A DNA stretch of 64,000 bases, taken from the NCBI GenBank assembly GCA_964016885.1, contig OZ024740.1, positions 143,592,001 to 143,656,000 of the forward strand, in the 5' to 3' direction. Made by a program: the position numbers and the translations under genes. The notes below the pieces were generated by a model. It did not search any database. It saw only the letters and a list, made by a program, of their open reading frames with translations, and was not told the origin of the DNA. The stretch is from Eledone cirrhosa. Taxonomy: Eukaryota. Numbering within the stretch: the first letter of the stretch is position 1; every line of letters starts with the position of its first letter. Of this stretch, positions 27,863 to 40,959 are shown piece after piece.

Positions 27863-29199
27863 TAGGTGGAGAATGAGAGGTCGGAGGCTGACATAGTCGT
27901 TCCACCAAGCAGGTCTCTTGGTCGTTCGACGCATGCCACCGCCACCTAAAGTGGACTAGGTTAAAGTGGTGGCAACTTTAGTAATTGGTAATCGCCGGTG
28001 ATAGTTCGGTCGAAACATCGGCCACCGGCGGGTTGAACGAATACCTAGGTGGGCTGTGCACGAGGACGAAGTAAGGGGTGAGCAAGGGGAGGGATAGAAA
28101 GTGGAGAAGGGGTGAGAAGATTATGAGTGCGTGGAGATGAGTGTGGTCATGTGAGAGACAGTTAAATACAGTGGGAGAGAAAGCACTGAACATGCAAAGA
28201 GAAGGAAAATAAAAAGGCTAGAAATACAAACTCTAAGGCTGTGAGTTTGCGTAATAGTTCGCATGGGTAAATCCGCAGTAAAAACCGAAATTGTGAGTTT
28301 GTGTAAAAAATAAAAAAATAAAAAAAACACATGGGCAAGACTTCAGTAAAATCAAAACCTGAATGATAGTGACACAAGATGTTTACAATTACAGAGTGAT
28401 TACATTACTGGACCTGAATTCTATCAAGTGGTCAAAGCTTCTAATTCTGTGAAATAGAATGGAAGTCTGGATTGACCTTTCAGTCACACCTGACTATAAA
28501 TAGATTCAGGTTATTTGAAGAGGGAGATGGGATGGTGCCATGTGTAATCTCTTCTTGTGAAGCTAGTGGTAGTTCCTCGCCATTTATAATTATTTATTTT
28601 TATTTTATATTTAGGGGGTTTGTATTTGAAAAATTGTAAGTGTATGTTAAGGAGGAATGTATAATTGTGTGATACAATTGCTCCAGGTTGGTTCCCTGCG
28701 TTGTTACCACAACCATTCCTTTAAAATTTTTTTTTTTTCCTCCGAAGATCTGTTGTTCTCTGTCTGAATTTCTGGATTTGTTTTTTTCTTTCCAGCGTGG
28801 TGGGGAAAATAAGGTGTTTCAGATATATACAAGTACAAATTCCAAATATAAAATGACGATAACTTATATATATCAATGTGATTGATTTCTTGTTTTTGGT
28901 GGGTAGTCGCACGTGGCTGTATGTGTTGCTTATGTTGACTTTGTTTGAAAGTAATCAAGAATTTGGAAGGATTTAATTAAACAACCTCTCCAATATCTAA
29001 AAACAGATTTGTTAATTCACATATATATAGTATGTTTAATAATGGAGAGATCCCTGTGGAAATTTCACTAAACTAAAGACTAGTTTTTAATGTGGTGCAG
29101 CCATAGTGAGGGTTTTTTTTTTTCTCTCGTGTATATATTTTTTATGTTGCAGATATATAATCCACATTTTCCAAAATGCAGATTACGATTATAATTCTT

Positions 29200-30235
29200 A
29201 TATATATAGTGGTAGAACACTGGAAGGTAATATCCATAGTGGTAGAGCACTCAGTCCATGGGTCGAGTTAGGTAGAAGTGGTTACACAACAGTTAGTTCA
29301 CTATACCTAGAACAATTGTTTCACCTTAGCGGATCCTCAGCTCGTGATGGACATGGTTATACGGAACAGGAAGACAACCGTACGAACGCGGATGTGCAGA
29401 AACGATCACTTCACACAGGCAATACTAAAATGCGTGAGAGAAGTGTAAGGGAGATAACTGCGAAAGTCTGAAAAGTTTCTAGTTGATAAGAAAATTAGGA
29501 TGTTGTTGTTATTCAATCCGGAGCTTTGGAGTTATGTAAGAGGTGTTTCGAGACATGTGGTCAACGTGTGAAAAATTCATTTCTTGCGTTTAGGAAATCT
29601 CTATTGCGTAATCTCTTTAGAATATTTATTCATTCGTCGATACATAGTCCACACGACGGATTGCCCCTTGCGTATGGCTTGGACTTAGTGATGGCTTTCC
29701 ATTGAATGGAGTAGTCTATACTTGAGTCCTTGAGGGACCACACATGGCTCGCGAGTTTCATGGATGAACATCTTTCCGGGTACCTAAAGGTCAACTGGTG
29801 GTTCAGGAAGCGTTCCTTAAATCGGCCCTCCGCCATACCCACATAGGATTTGACCTCCTGTGGTTGATTTGGTCGGTTGGAAGTGACCACAGCTTCATAA
29901 ACTACAGCGGGTGTGTTGCATTGCTGTTGTAGGGGACAAGCTTCAGGCTTACAGCAAGAGCACCCTGGTGGGGTGTTGCTCTTAGGGCTGTTGGTGATGT
30001 GGGCCTTCATGTTCTTAGCGCAGGAGTATCCTAGTTTTACTTTGTGTCGGTTAAAGATGGGGTGGTATTTATGACCAATGGGAAAGTGTCTGTCTAAGAG
30101 GGCTAAACATTTTTTGCCTACATTGGTTTTAACGTTGAGTGAGAAGGGAGGAGAGAACCAGATAGTTTGTCTATTGTTACGCTTTCTTATCTTATGCTGT
30201 TGTTGATAGTGGGTGAGTAAGTGATAGGTTGCGAG
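29200..30235 (-). mobile_element. Penelope-like element 3' part (Naiad-like GIY-YIG endonuclease) with pseudo-LTR
   Basis: IWFSPPFS, CSCCKPEACPL, VVYEA..SYVGMAE..FKERF..H, CGLCIDE, followed by a hammerhead-like repeat. Confidence 0.85.
29307..29345 (-). ncRNA. Minimal hammerhead ribozyme motif
   Basis: CTGAGGA-tccgctaaggt-GAAAC-aatt-GTTC on the minus strand. Stem I weak. Confidence 0.55.
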
Positions 30236-30564
30236 AATATATATATATATATATATACACACATACAGACACACTTCTTTGTCAATTTTTCAAAAAAATT
30301 AGATATACTTTCAAAAATTTAAACACAAGTCTAAATATTTCCTGCTTTTTAATTATAGAATTTTTTCATACAGTAATTACCTAAGCCTGACCTACGCCTT
30401 TATAAGATGCACAGTGATTTTGAGGGGCAAATTTTGAAAAAAAAACAAAATATATATATATATATAGAGAGAGAGAGGTGGGTAGAACACTGGTGGCTTA
30501 TATCCACAGTAGTAGAGCACTCAGTTCATGGGATGAGTTTGGTAGAAGTAGTGCCACACCATTT

Positions 30565-30604
30565 CTGAGAACAATGTTTCACCTCAAACGGATCATCAGC
30601 TCAG
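30565..30604 (-). ncRNA. Minimal type I hammerhead ribozyme in a second pseudo-LTR (30478-30720)
   Basis: ctgag-CTGATGA-tccgtttgaggt-GAAAC-att-GTTC-tcag, with stem I closing. Confidence 0.65.
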
Positions 30605-30744
30605 TTTAAATGAGATATACGGAAAAGGAAAACCATGGCACAAATAGACATGTGCAGAAGATATTCTCAAAGGGGAGATAACTCACGTTAGATCGATGCA
30701 TGGAGGTAACTGCAAAAGATCAGAATACAATCATTCATGATACT

Positions 30745-32825
30745 CGGTCTATAGATGTGCTAGAAATAACGGCTACATCAGCTAAGCAGGGGGAACATCA
30801 GGTCTATATGTGTGCTAGAAATAGCAGCTAAAGGGGGGGGGGGCGTTATGGTGGTCCGTAGGTATGCTAAAAATAGCAGCTACATAAGCTAAATAGAATG
30901 TACCTCATTGTGGACGATAGGTGTGCTCCAAATAGCAGCTAAATAGGAGGAACCTTATGGTTGTCCATAGGTGTGCTAGAAATAGCAGCTAAATAGGGGG
31001 AACCTCATTGTTGTCCATAAGTATGCTAGAAATAGCAGCTAAATAGGGGGGGGGGGCTTATGATGGTCCGTAGGTGTGCTAAAAATAGCAGCTACATAAG
31101 CTAAATAGAATGAACCTCATGGTGGATGATAGGTGTGCTCCAAATAGCAGCTAAATAGCCTTATGGTTGTCCATAGGTGTGCTCGAAATAGCAGCTAAGT
31201 AGGGGGACCCATATGGTGGTCCATAGGTATGCTAGACATAACAGCTAAAAAAACTTCATGGTGGTCCAAGTGTGTGCTAGAAATAGCAGCTGCATCAGCT
31301 AAAAAAGGGAATCTAATGGTGGTCTATAGGTGTACTAGAAATAGCAGTTAAATAGGGGGATCATTATAGTGGTATATAGGTGTGCTACAAATAGCACCTA
31401 AATAGGGGGAACCTCATGGTGGTCAATAGGTGTGCTAGAAACAGTAGGTAAATAGCGGAACCTCATGGGAGTACATAGGTGTGCTAGAAATAGCAGCTGC
31501 ATCAGCTAAACAAGGGAATCTCATGGTTATCCAAAGGTGTACTAGAAATAACAGCTAAATAAAGGGAACTTCATGGTGAACTGTGTCCTAGATATATTAA
31601 CTAAATACGGGGAACCTCATGGTGTTCCATATGTGTGCTAGAAATAGCAGCTATATAGGGGAACCACATGGTGATCCATAGGTGTGCTAGAAATAGAAGC
31701 TGCATCACGTAAACAGGGGGAATCACGTGGTAGTCCATAGTTGTGCTAGAAATAGCATCTAAGTAAAGGGAACCCATGGTGGTCTATAGGTGTTCTAGAA
31801 ATAGCAGCTAAATTAGGGGAACCTCATAGTGGTCCATAGTTGTGCTAGAAATAGTAGCTAAATAGAGGGAACCTTATAGTGGTCTATAGCTGTGATAGAA
31901 ATAGTAGTTAAATAAGAGGAACCTTATGGTGGTTCTTAGGTGTGCTAGAAAGGGCTGTTACATCAGCTAAGCAGGAGGAACCTTATGGTGTATGTAGGTG
32001 TGCTAGAAGGAGTAGCTAAATAAAGAGAACCTCATGGTGATTCATAGGTGTGCTAGAAATAGCAGCAAAATAGGGGGATCCTTATGGTGGCCCATATGTG
32101 TGCTAGAAATAGCAGCTAAATACGGCGATCCTCATGTTGGGCCACACGTGTGCTAGAAATGGGAACTACACAGTGGTTCATAGGTGTGTTAGCAAAAGCA
32201 TCTAAATTGTTGTAACCCTTTTAGTGGTCGATAGGTGTGCTAGAAATAGCAGCGGCGTCAGGTAAACAGGGGAATATCATGGTGGTCCATAGGCGTGCTA
32301 GAAATAGCATCTAAATTAAGGGAAACCCATGGTGGTCTATAGGTTTCCTAGAAATAGCAACTAAAAAGGGGGAACTTCATGGTGGTCCATAGGTATGTTA
32401 GAAATAGCAGCTAAATAGGAGGAACCTTATAGTGGACCATAGATGTGCTAGAAATAGCATCTACATCAGCTAAACAGGGGCAACGTCATGGTGTCCATAG
32501 CTGTGCTAGAAATAGCAGCTAAATAAGGTCAACCTCATATGTATCCATTTGTTGTGCTAGAAATAGCAGCTAATAGGGGGAACCTCATAGTGGTACCTAT
32601 GTGTGCTACAAATAGTAGCTAAATAGGAGGGACCTTATAGTGGTCCATATCTGTGCTAGAAATAGCAGCTTGATGGAGAGGAACCTGATGATGGTCCATG
32701 GGTGTACTAGAAATAGCAGCTACATCAGCTAAGCAGGTGGAACTTAATGGTTGTCCGTAGGTGTGCTAGAAATAGCGGCAAAATAAAGTGAACCTCGTGG
32801 TGGTCCATAGGTGTCCATAGGTGTC
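30745..32825. repeat. Satellite array, ~50-bp monomer, about 40 copies
   Basis: Consensus ggtgtgctagaaatagcagctaaatagggggaacctcatggtggtccata. Confidence 0.95.
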
Positions 32826-32909
32826 TCTTCTTTGTCAATTTTGTTATACTATACCATAGGGGAGTAATTAACAAATCAATTTAAGATCTATATATCTATA
32901 AACAAGTAT

Positions 32910-34290
32910 AGACATATGTTCAAGACCATGCTGACAAAAACCTTCCTAACAATGCTTAGCAGCAAGATGCCTTGGTAGCTATTGCAGTCACTTCGGTCAC
33001 CTTTGTTCTGATAGAAGGTGACAATGATACAGTCTCTCATGTCTTGCAGGACTGTTCTGTCTTCCCAGCACTAACACAGTAGTTTCAACAAGGGGCTAAT
33101 TAGCACTCCCTTTGCACACCTGATGACCTCTTGGAGGATGCCGTCAGATCTTGGTGCCTTCCCAGCAGGTAAACTAATCAATGGCTCTGCACAGTTCTTC
33201 AGCAGTCAACAACACATCTAGCTCCTCCATGACAACTAGGTGTTTCATGGTGTCTAGCATGTTGTCTGAGATACTTTTTTTCCTTGCCATACAGTTTGAA
33301 GTAATATTCCACCTATCTCTCCAACCGCTCTCTTTTTCCTTTGATGACCTCACCTGTTCTTGATTTGAATGGAGGAGTCTTGCTCTGGGTTGGGCCAATG
33401 GCTTTCTTGATGCCCTCATACATTCCCCAAATGTTACTTGTGTCAAATAACAGCTGGATGCATTTGAATAACTGTAACCAGTAGTCATTTGCACAGTGAC
33501 TCGTAATCTTTTATGTCTTGTTCCGAGCTCATCTCAATGCTCATAGTGTTGCTCTGGTGGGTGAGTGTTTATGCTTCAACAGGGAGCATGCTTCTCCTCC
33601 ATGGTCGCATTGAACTAGTCATGTGTCATTCTTCGATTCTTCCTGAAGATCTCTTCAATGCAGTGTCATGGATGGTGCGTCTGAGAAAGTTCCATCTTTG
33701 CTGAACACCACCTTCCAGAGGTTCTGCAAGGAGGATGTCTTCCAGTGACTTGAGGAATACAGGTACTTTGACTGACTGCTGGGTCACAGTAGCCTTGATA
33801 TGCTGTATGACAAGAGGCTTAGCATAGTGCATTTTTGGTTGGAGTTTGAGATTGCAGCAAACCAGGGAGTGATCTGTGTCAAAGTCAGCGCTCCAAAAGG
33901 ACCAAGTCAAGAGTACATTTCTCAAGTGGTTGTGTCTTATGAGGATCAGATCTAGCTGGTGCCTGTGCCCTGAGCGAGGATAACGCCAGGAAACTTTGTG
34001 TTGAGCTTTGGCCTGGAAGTAGGTGTTGGTGACACATAATCCATGGAGCATACAGAGCTCAAGCAGTTGTTGCCCGTTGTCATTCATGTTACCGACCCCA
34101 TGCTGTCACAGTTACCCTGTCCAGGAGTTGCGGTCGGCTTCCACTCTGGCATTGAAGTCACCAAGTAACACCAGCTGTTCTCCATATGGGATTGCCTGTA
34201 TTTTTCTGGAGAACTGATTGTAAAACTTATCCTTGTCATCTTGTGTGTAATAGAGGGTTAGGGCATAAGTACTGACAAGGTTGACAAGAC
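32910..34290 (-). mobile_element. Degenerate RTE-type LINE (APE to RT start), a second family
   Basis: LGDFNARV, MNDNGQQLLELC, HQLDLIL, DTDHSLV. Confidence 0.85.
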
Positions 34291-34359
34291 AGGAGCCTCC
34301 CAAAAGTCAGCTTGAAGGTAACACAGAGGAGACTGCGGTTAACTGGACATGCTCAGAGT

Positions 34360-34560
34360 TGACACTGCACTCAATGGTCCTGTGGGAGCCCCTACATGAA
34401 CACACTAGAAGAGGGAAACCAAGGATGACATGTATTGATACCCTAAGGACAGACACTGGTCTCTGGGAGACACGGGCCATGGAAGCAATGATGAAGAACA
34501 GAGACCACTGGAGAGAACTCGTACATGGATCTCGGGAATTTTACTCGCCCTAGATAGATA
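34360..34560 (+). mobile_element. RTE LINE extreme 3' fragment
   Basis: VLWEPLH..RRGKPRMT.IDTL..DTGL...NRDHWR. Confidence 0.7.
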
Positions 34561-34617
34561 TATATGCATATATATATGTGTGTGTGTGTGTAATTATGTG
34601 TTTTATATCAAATAATA

Positions 34618-34807
34618 ATTGTTTCTACTTTTGGCACAAGGCCAGCAATTACCTAGTGTATTACTGGTACTTTATTTTATCGACCCCATAAGGATGAAAG
34701 GCAAAATTAACCTCGGCGGGATTTGAACTCAGAATGGCAAGGGCTGTAACTCTATGCGTCAAAGCATGGCGTCTGACCCTCTACTGATACTGCCAATCCA
34801 CCGCCCT
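34618..34807 (-). mobile_element. Full-length SINE family 2 with TSD
   Basis: A and B boxes (tggcagtatcagt, gagttcaaatcc), flanked by tatcaaataataat on both sides. Confidence 0.88.
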
Positions 34808-35589
34808 ATTATTATCAAATAATAATAATATTCGATTTGTTTGCAAGCAGACAGTCTCATTACGCTATGTTTAGTTTTTGATGGCCATCATCATCCGTTC
34901 AACAGCAGCATTGAAGAACAATCAACAGGTTTCTGGGTTATTGTTCTTCATCAGGACTGTACTTCTCTGCTACTCGTTTGAACTGTTGAAAATATATAGT
35001 ATTTTCTAAAGTATACATTGGCTGATTAGCCTCATTTGCATAACAAGTGATTTTACAGCTGGGCTTGCCGAAAAACAAAATTAGAATTTGATTTTCTGCT
35101 CTAACATAGCAGATTACATAAATGTAATTATGGATTTTATATTGAATATTAATAATAAGGTCAGCCGTAGAATTGCTTGGTATGCACTATTCTTGTCATT
35201 AACCAACAAACCTAATACAGCTGCTTCACTAGCCTCAATATATTTTTACTTAATACACAAAGTGTCAGCCTTTTCATCAATGCAGAAAAATGGAAGATCC
35301 AATTCTTTGAGGTTTGGGTTACCAACCATCCACACCATATCCCTTTCTTCATCCTAACTGAGACCCATTTTAACGTCTCCCACTTGGAAACTGAAGTGAG
35401 GGTGAGAAATTTTACAACCATCTGCGTGGATCATGTTGGCAGAAGAAAAAAACAAAACTACCATTTCCTGCATGATTCTTTTATGGCTGATGAAAATAAC
35501 ATATTCTCCAATGGTTATTATGAATCAGTTTCTGTGCACAACAAAGCCAATGATTTGATTGTAGCTTGGGCTCTATAAGCCTCCCCAAA

Positions 35590-37540
35590 CACCTCTACCG
35601 TGCTTCAAAGAATGCCCCAACAGCATTAGGTGTTTTATCCAACAGTGTGATTCTGGGAGATTTGATAGGTGACTTCAATCTACCCTGTGTTGATTGGTCT
35701 ACAAACAGTTGAAATCAGGTCCTTCTTCCTCAACCCCTAAGTAGTTTTTCCTGTCCTAACTTGTGCTTGCACCAACAAGATATCACAAAAACATTTTAGA
35801 TTTAGTATTTAGTAACCACACTAAAACTATCCGCATTATTGCAGTAGTAAAAGCTCTCCTCTCAGACCATGACATGGTACTTTGTAACTTGAGGTTCCAC
35901 CAGCCAAAAGTTTAACCTGATGATTCTTTCCAGCCCACTTATGTAATAACATTGATCATCATAATGTAAACTGGTCTTTCACACACAGCCACCAACATCA
36001 AAACATGAATGATGACCTTCATCAATAACCAACAGACTGAGTCATTGACAAAATTAAACTCAAATCCAAAATGTTCTTTCCATTTGCCAAAAATCACAAG
36101 ACTGCTGTCACAACCATTGGGCTTCTGTTTGATGAAAATGGCACACTCCAAAAGAATGCTAAAAGCATGGGTGAAATACTGCAGAAAAAATACTGCTCTG
36201 GGCTGTATCAGTGATATTAACCCCCTACACACCATATCTGACATAACATTTGCTGCCCCTGATATCTTAGTGACAATAAACAAAATTAAACACAACTCAA
36301 CAATAGTCTCCGATAAGCTCCCTGCTACTGTCCTGAAGGTGTGTTGACACCAGCTTGCACCCCCTATACCTAATGTATGGAAGAACTCGCTGGATGTAGC
36401 CTATTTCCCTGAAGATTTTGTATCCCAGTTTATCATCCCAGTTTTCAAAAAAGGATACAAGTTCTTTGCTGTAAATTACCATCTGATAAATAGCTCACTA
36501 CCTTGAAAACAACACCCTACTGAACTCCAACTAGCATAGCAACATTTGAGTATGTGGAAAACTACTATAGTGGATTTAGTGTTTCCTAACAGATCTCACT
36601 ATGTTGTGATTGAAGGAACATGATCAAGCTCAACCAAAGTCTGAAGTAGTGTCCCACACGGCACTGTGTTGTGCCCACTTCTCTTCATTATTTATATCAA
36701 TGACCCTTTTACGATCTGAGTTCAAATCCCGCCGAGGTTGACTTTGCCTTTCATCCTTACGGGGTCGATAAAATAAAGTACCAGTAATGCACTGGGTAAT
36801 TGCTGGCCTTAGAAACAATTATTTATATCAATGACACAGTTGTCATCAAGTACAGCAAAATAAGAATGTTCACAAATGATTCCAAGCTCCAGAAAGTCAT
36901 TAACAGAGTGGGATACTGGGCATGCCTTCAATCAGATATGTTTGCTGTTATCCAATGTGTGAAAAAAAATAGTGTGCTACTAAACGAGGATAAATTTAAA
37001 TTAATCCCCTTTAGAAAAGAGGATGCACTGAAGTTAACATATTATCTTCCCTCAGGTGAAATCCTCATAGCATACAACACCAGAGACCTTGGTGTAAATG
37101 TTGATAGCAACTTAAGCTGGAATACTCACATAAACAACAATGTTGTCATGACCTGCGGGATGTGTTCCTGGATTCTCAGAATTTTCCATTCGAGAGATAT
37201 CCATACCATCATCCTTCTCTTCTCTACTTTTGCCTGGCCCCACCTTAAATACTGTTGTCCATTGTGGTATCCTCACATGAAACAAAGTATTATGAAAATT
37301 GAAGTACCTCAAATGTAATTACAAAAGGAAAGATGGTTTGACTAGAAAAGCTCAAACTCTACTCTCTCCAATGCTGTCATAGCACTACCTTACCTTCATG
37401 ATGTGGAAAATATTCCATCATCATTGCCCAGATGATGTTGGCATCACCTTTAAAATTCACATAGGGCTATCTGCCACTACAAAAATCAAACTCGCATCAC
37501 ATAACAACATTATAGTAGAATTATTTCACCTCAACTTGTC
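35590..37540 (+). mobile_element. Degenerate CR1-like LINE
   Basis: GDFNLPCVDW, ILDLVF, SDHDMV, GTVLCPLLFIIYIND, RDLGVNVDSNLSW, YCCPLW. Confidence 0.85.
36705..36817 (+). mobile_element. Truncated SINE family 2 nested in the CR1 RT, 18-bp TSD
   Basis: attatttatatcaatgac at 36687-36704 and 36818-36835. Confidence 0.9.
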
Positions 37541-37619
37541 CAGCTCTCTTATTTACTATATATATATACACACGTATATATATATATATATATGATGATG
37601 ATGATGATATATATATATC

Positions 37620-39710
37620 GCAAAGCCACTGCTTCGGCTACTACTCCTTCAGTTTAGACCTGGCTGTTTTCTGGTATGCTAAATGGACTACAGAGTTGGA
37701 GAGTCTGAGCACTCAATGACAATGTCAAAGATAAAGATAAATTCACCTCCCCCTGCCGGACGAGAATGCAAGGACTCCTCTTTATTTCAGACATGGAAGA
37801 TCAACATAATTCCGTCACCACTCCCTGTGCCCCCAACCCATCCCTTCCACCCACCAAGCAAAATCCAAAACTTCAGAGTTGGTACCATGAACATTGAAAG
37901 GTCGCTCAAATGAGGTTGTAGAGATGCTTGAACGTAAGGAAGTTGATGTTTGTTGTATTCAAGAGACTAGGAGGAGGGGTCGGTCTGCCAGATTCATTGT
38001 GGGTAAAAAACAATGCTATAAACTTTTCTGGATGTGAAATGACAACGGGCTGGGGGAAGTAGGAATTATGTTAGCAGAAAAATGGGTAGATAAGGTAATT
38101 GCCGTAAATAGAGTGAACGATAGAATAATTAAAATAAGACTAGTTCTAAATAGAACAACTGTGTTGATAATATCTGCTTATGCATCCCAATCTGGCCTAC
38201 CTGATGTTATAAAAGACAGATTCTATGAGTCGTTAATGCTCACTACCTCCCAAATAACCGACAGTGACTACATAATTATTGGTGGTGACCTTAATGGTCA
38301 TGTTGGACAACATTGTGATGGCTATGACGGGATCCATGGAGGCTATGGGTTTGGTACTAGGAATGAAGAAGGCTTCAGAATCCTGGAATTCTGTGATGCT
38401 AATAACCTAACTATCTGTAACACAAACTTCAAAAACCGAGACAATCACTTGATCACTTATAGATCAGGGGAACACACCAGTCAGATAGATTATATCCTTA
38501 CTAGAAGACGTGACAGAGTGTCTGTTGTAAACACTAAGTCCCTCCCCTGTGAAGAATGCACCTCCCAACATAGCCTAGTAGTTAGTGATCTAATACTCAG
38601 GACTAGACGTACTCGATGACAGCGGAGGACTACCTTGAGGAGAAGAACATGGAAGCTGAAGGACCCTACAGCCAGTGACAAATTTAAAAGCTTATTACTT
38701 GATGATTTTGACAGTAAGGAAGAGCAATTAGAGACGTACAATATAGAAGTACAGTAGGAATTCATGAAAGTTAACCTGCTGAAGGCGACAGACGAAATCT
38801 GTGGCTGGAGCAGACCTATAGGCAGGAGGAGAGTAACTTGGTGGTGGAACAGTAAAGTGGAGGAGACAATGAAGGCTAAAAAGCAGGCTTGGAAAGTATA
38901 GCAGGATGGGGGTAGTAGAGAACACTATCAAGTGTCCAGGAGAGAAGCTAGGAGACAAGTGTACCTTGCAAGAAGGGAAGCAGAGCATAGAACGTTCAAG
39001 CATGTTCTACAAAACGAGGACCAAAAACATGAGGTGTTCAGGATTGCAAGACAATGTGTCAAGGAAAACCGTGATATTATCGGGGAGAAGTGTGTCTGTA
39101 ATGATGATGGTGTACTTGCCCTCACTGATACTGATAAGAAGGTAGCTTGGAAGTGTCACTACGGGAGACTACTAAATGAGGAGAATAAGTGGGAAAAAGA
39201 TAGTCTGCCCCAAATCGATCCAATAGAGGGACCAGCGATGCAAGTTAAAGGTTGTATAATAAGTAAGGCAATCAAAGATATGAAGACAGGCAAGGTGGCT
39301 GGGCCTTCGGAGATAGTTGTTGAGATGTTGAAAGCATTTGGAATGATGGGACATACTATGGCCACCCGGATAATAAACCAAGTAATACAGAATGAGGTCA
39401 TATAAAAAGACTGGCGTAGCAGCATCATCGTTAACTGCTACAAGAGTAAAGGAGATGATCTAGATAGGGGAAACTATAGAGGCCCCTCCAAACCTAACAT
39501 ACACCCCAACCCACTCCCACCAACACTAACCTTTCTCTATAAAGTTATGTTGGTACCACAACATCCAGTCCAAACTAATGAGATCGTGTAGGTGTCACGA
39601 CAAAAAAGCTCCCAGTCCACTCTGTAAATGCGGTTGGTGTTAGGAAGGGCATCCAGTCGTAGAAAACCTGCCAGATAGTCCTATACAAGCGAGACATGTT
39701 CACCCGACCA
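37620..39710 (+). mobile_element. RTE LINE, 5' UTR/APE/RT start fused to the 3' UTR (internal deletion at ~39483)
   Basis: APE ORF 38068-38619. After NYRG the sequence jumps to the 3' UTR shared with 21000-21300. Confidence 0.9.
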
Positions 39711-39961
39711 ATCTTGCTGGACACCACCAGAGGGTGTTAGACGCTGGTGTTTGCATAGTTACGGCTTCCTAAATGTTTCCTGTAAACATACCGTGTTTCT
39801 TTAGAAATACGAAATTTCTATAAATATTTGCATAAAGTTGTACTTGAAGCAAAATCCTATTTCTATTCTAGTTGAGCCAACTTATGCAGCTTCATATACA
39901 AATGAGATTAATCACCTCATTTACACAGATGAGAAAACTATATATTCTCGACTGTTCTCAA

Positions 39962-40055
39962 GTCCAGCAGTTGCAAGCGGTGGGAGGGACCATCCTGACG
40001 AAGGCCAGTCAAGCCTGAAATGCATAGACGGTTGTCCTCCTTGCTTCTGCTGGAC
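39962..40055 (+). ncRNA. Type I hammerhead ribozyme within a Penelope pLTR-like tandem repeat (39712-39866 ~ 40046-40198)
   Basis: ggagggaccatc-CTGACGA-aggc(cagtcaa)gcct-GAAA-tgca-TA-gacggttgtcctcc. Palindromic stem III and long extended stem I. Confidence 0.8.
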
Positions 40056-40290
40056 ACCACCAGAGGGCCTTAGCATCCAGTGTTTACATAGCTATGGCTT
40101 CCTAAATGTTTCCTGTAAACATGCCGTGTTTCTTTATAAATATAAAATTTCTATACATATTTGTATAAAGCTATGCTTGAAGCAAAATCCTATTTCTATA
40201 TATATATATATACATAGATATAGATATCGATATATATAATAGTATAATTATTATAAAGAATGAGGAATCACAATTTATTAACATATTACA

Positions 40291-40570
40291 TGGCGGCACA
40301 TGGCTTAGTGGTTAGAGAATTGGCTTTGCAATCGAAAGGTTGTGAGTTCAATTCTCAGACCGGGTGATGTGTTGTTTCCTTGAGCAAGACACTTTATTTC
40401 ACATTGCTCCAGTTTACTCACTGCAAAAGTGGTTGTGGAGGTGCCACGGCAAAAAAGCACCCAGCACTCACTGCAAATGAGGTTGGTGTTAGGAATCAAG
40501 CCAGAATCAGTTCCCGTCCCACCCTTGCAAGCAGGGAAAAGTGGACGTAAAATGATGATGATGATGATGA
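40291..40570 (+). mobile_element. SINE family 1
   Basis: A and B boxes, RTE-type tail and (atg)n, attacat flanking repeat. Confidence 0.88.
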
Positions 40571-40646
40571 TTACATATGTTTCTCCATCGATCAGCTCGA
40601 GACAAGATCTGTTATAGATCGAACCCGACTCTGCATTCGAAGGGTC

Positions 40647-40701
40647 TATATATATATATATGAGTGTGTGTCTATGTATATATATATATATATATATACA
40701 C

Positions 40702-40734
<33 letters not shown>

Positions 40735-40805
40735 TACACATATATGTATATAAATATATATGTATATATATATACACACATATATATATGTATATATATA
40801 TAAAA

Positions 40806-40876
<71 letters not shown>

Positions 40877-40959
40877 TATATGTATATATATATACACACA
40901 TATATATATGTATATATATAAAAAATATATAAAAATATATATATATATATATATATATA
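40647..40959. repeat. Compound (TA)n microsatellite
   Basis: Directly visible. Produces spurious YI-repeat ORFs. Confidence 0.97.

Noticed and set aside
27865-28380. Possible Gypsy pol end/LTR (RRTTKRPAWWNDY)
   Set aside because: Only a short motif with no paired LTR or TSD, too weak to list as a feature.
30745-32825. Repeat-spacer appearance resembling a CRISPR array
   Set aside because: The 'spacers' are homologous to each other, there are no cas genes, and the context is eukaryotic. It is a satellite.
40291-40365. tRNA-like sequence
   Set aside because: It is the head of a SINE that continues into core and LINE-derived tail. Not a standalone tRNA gene.
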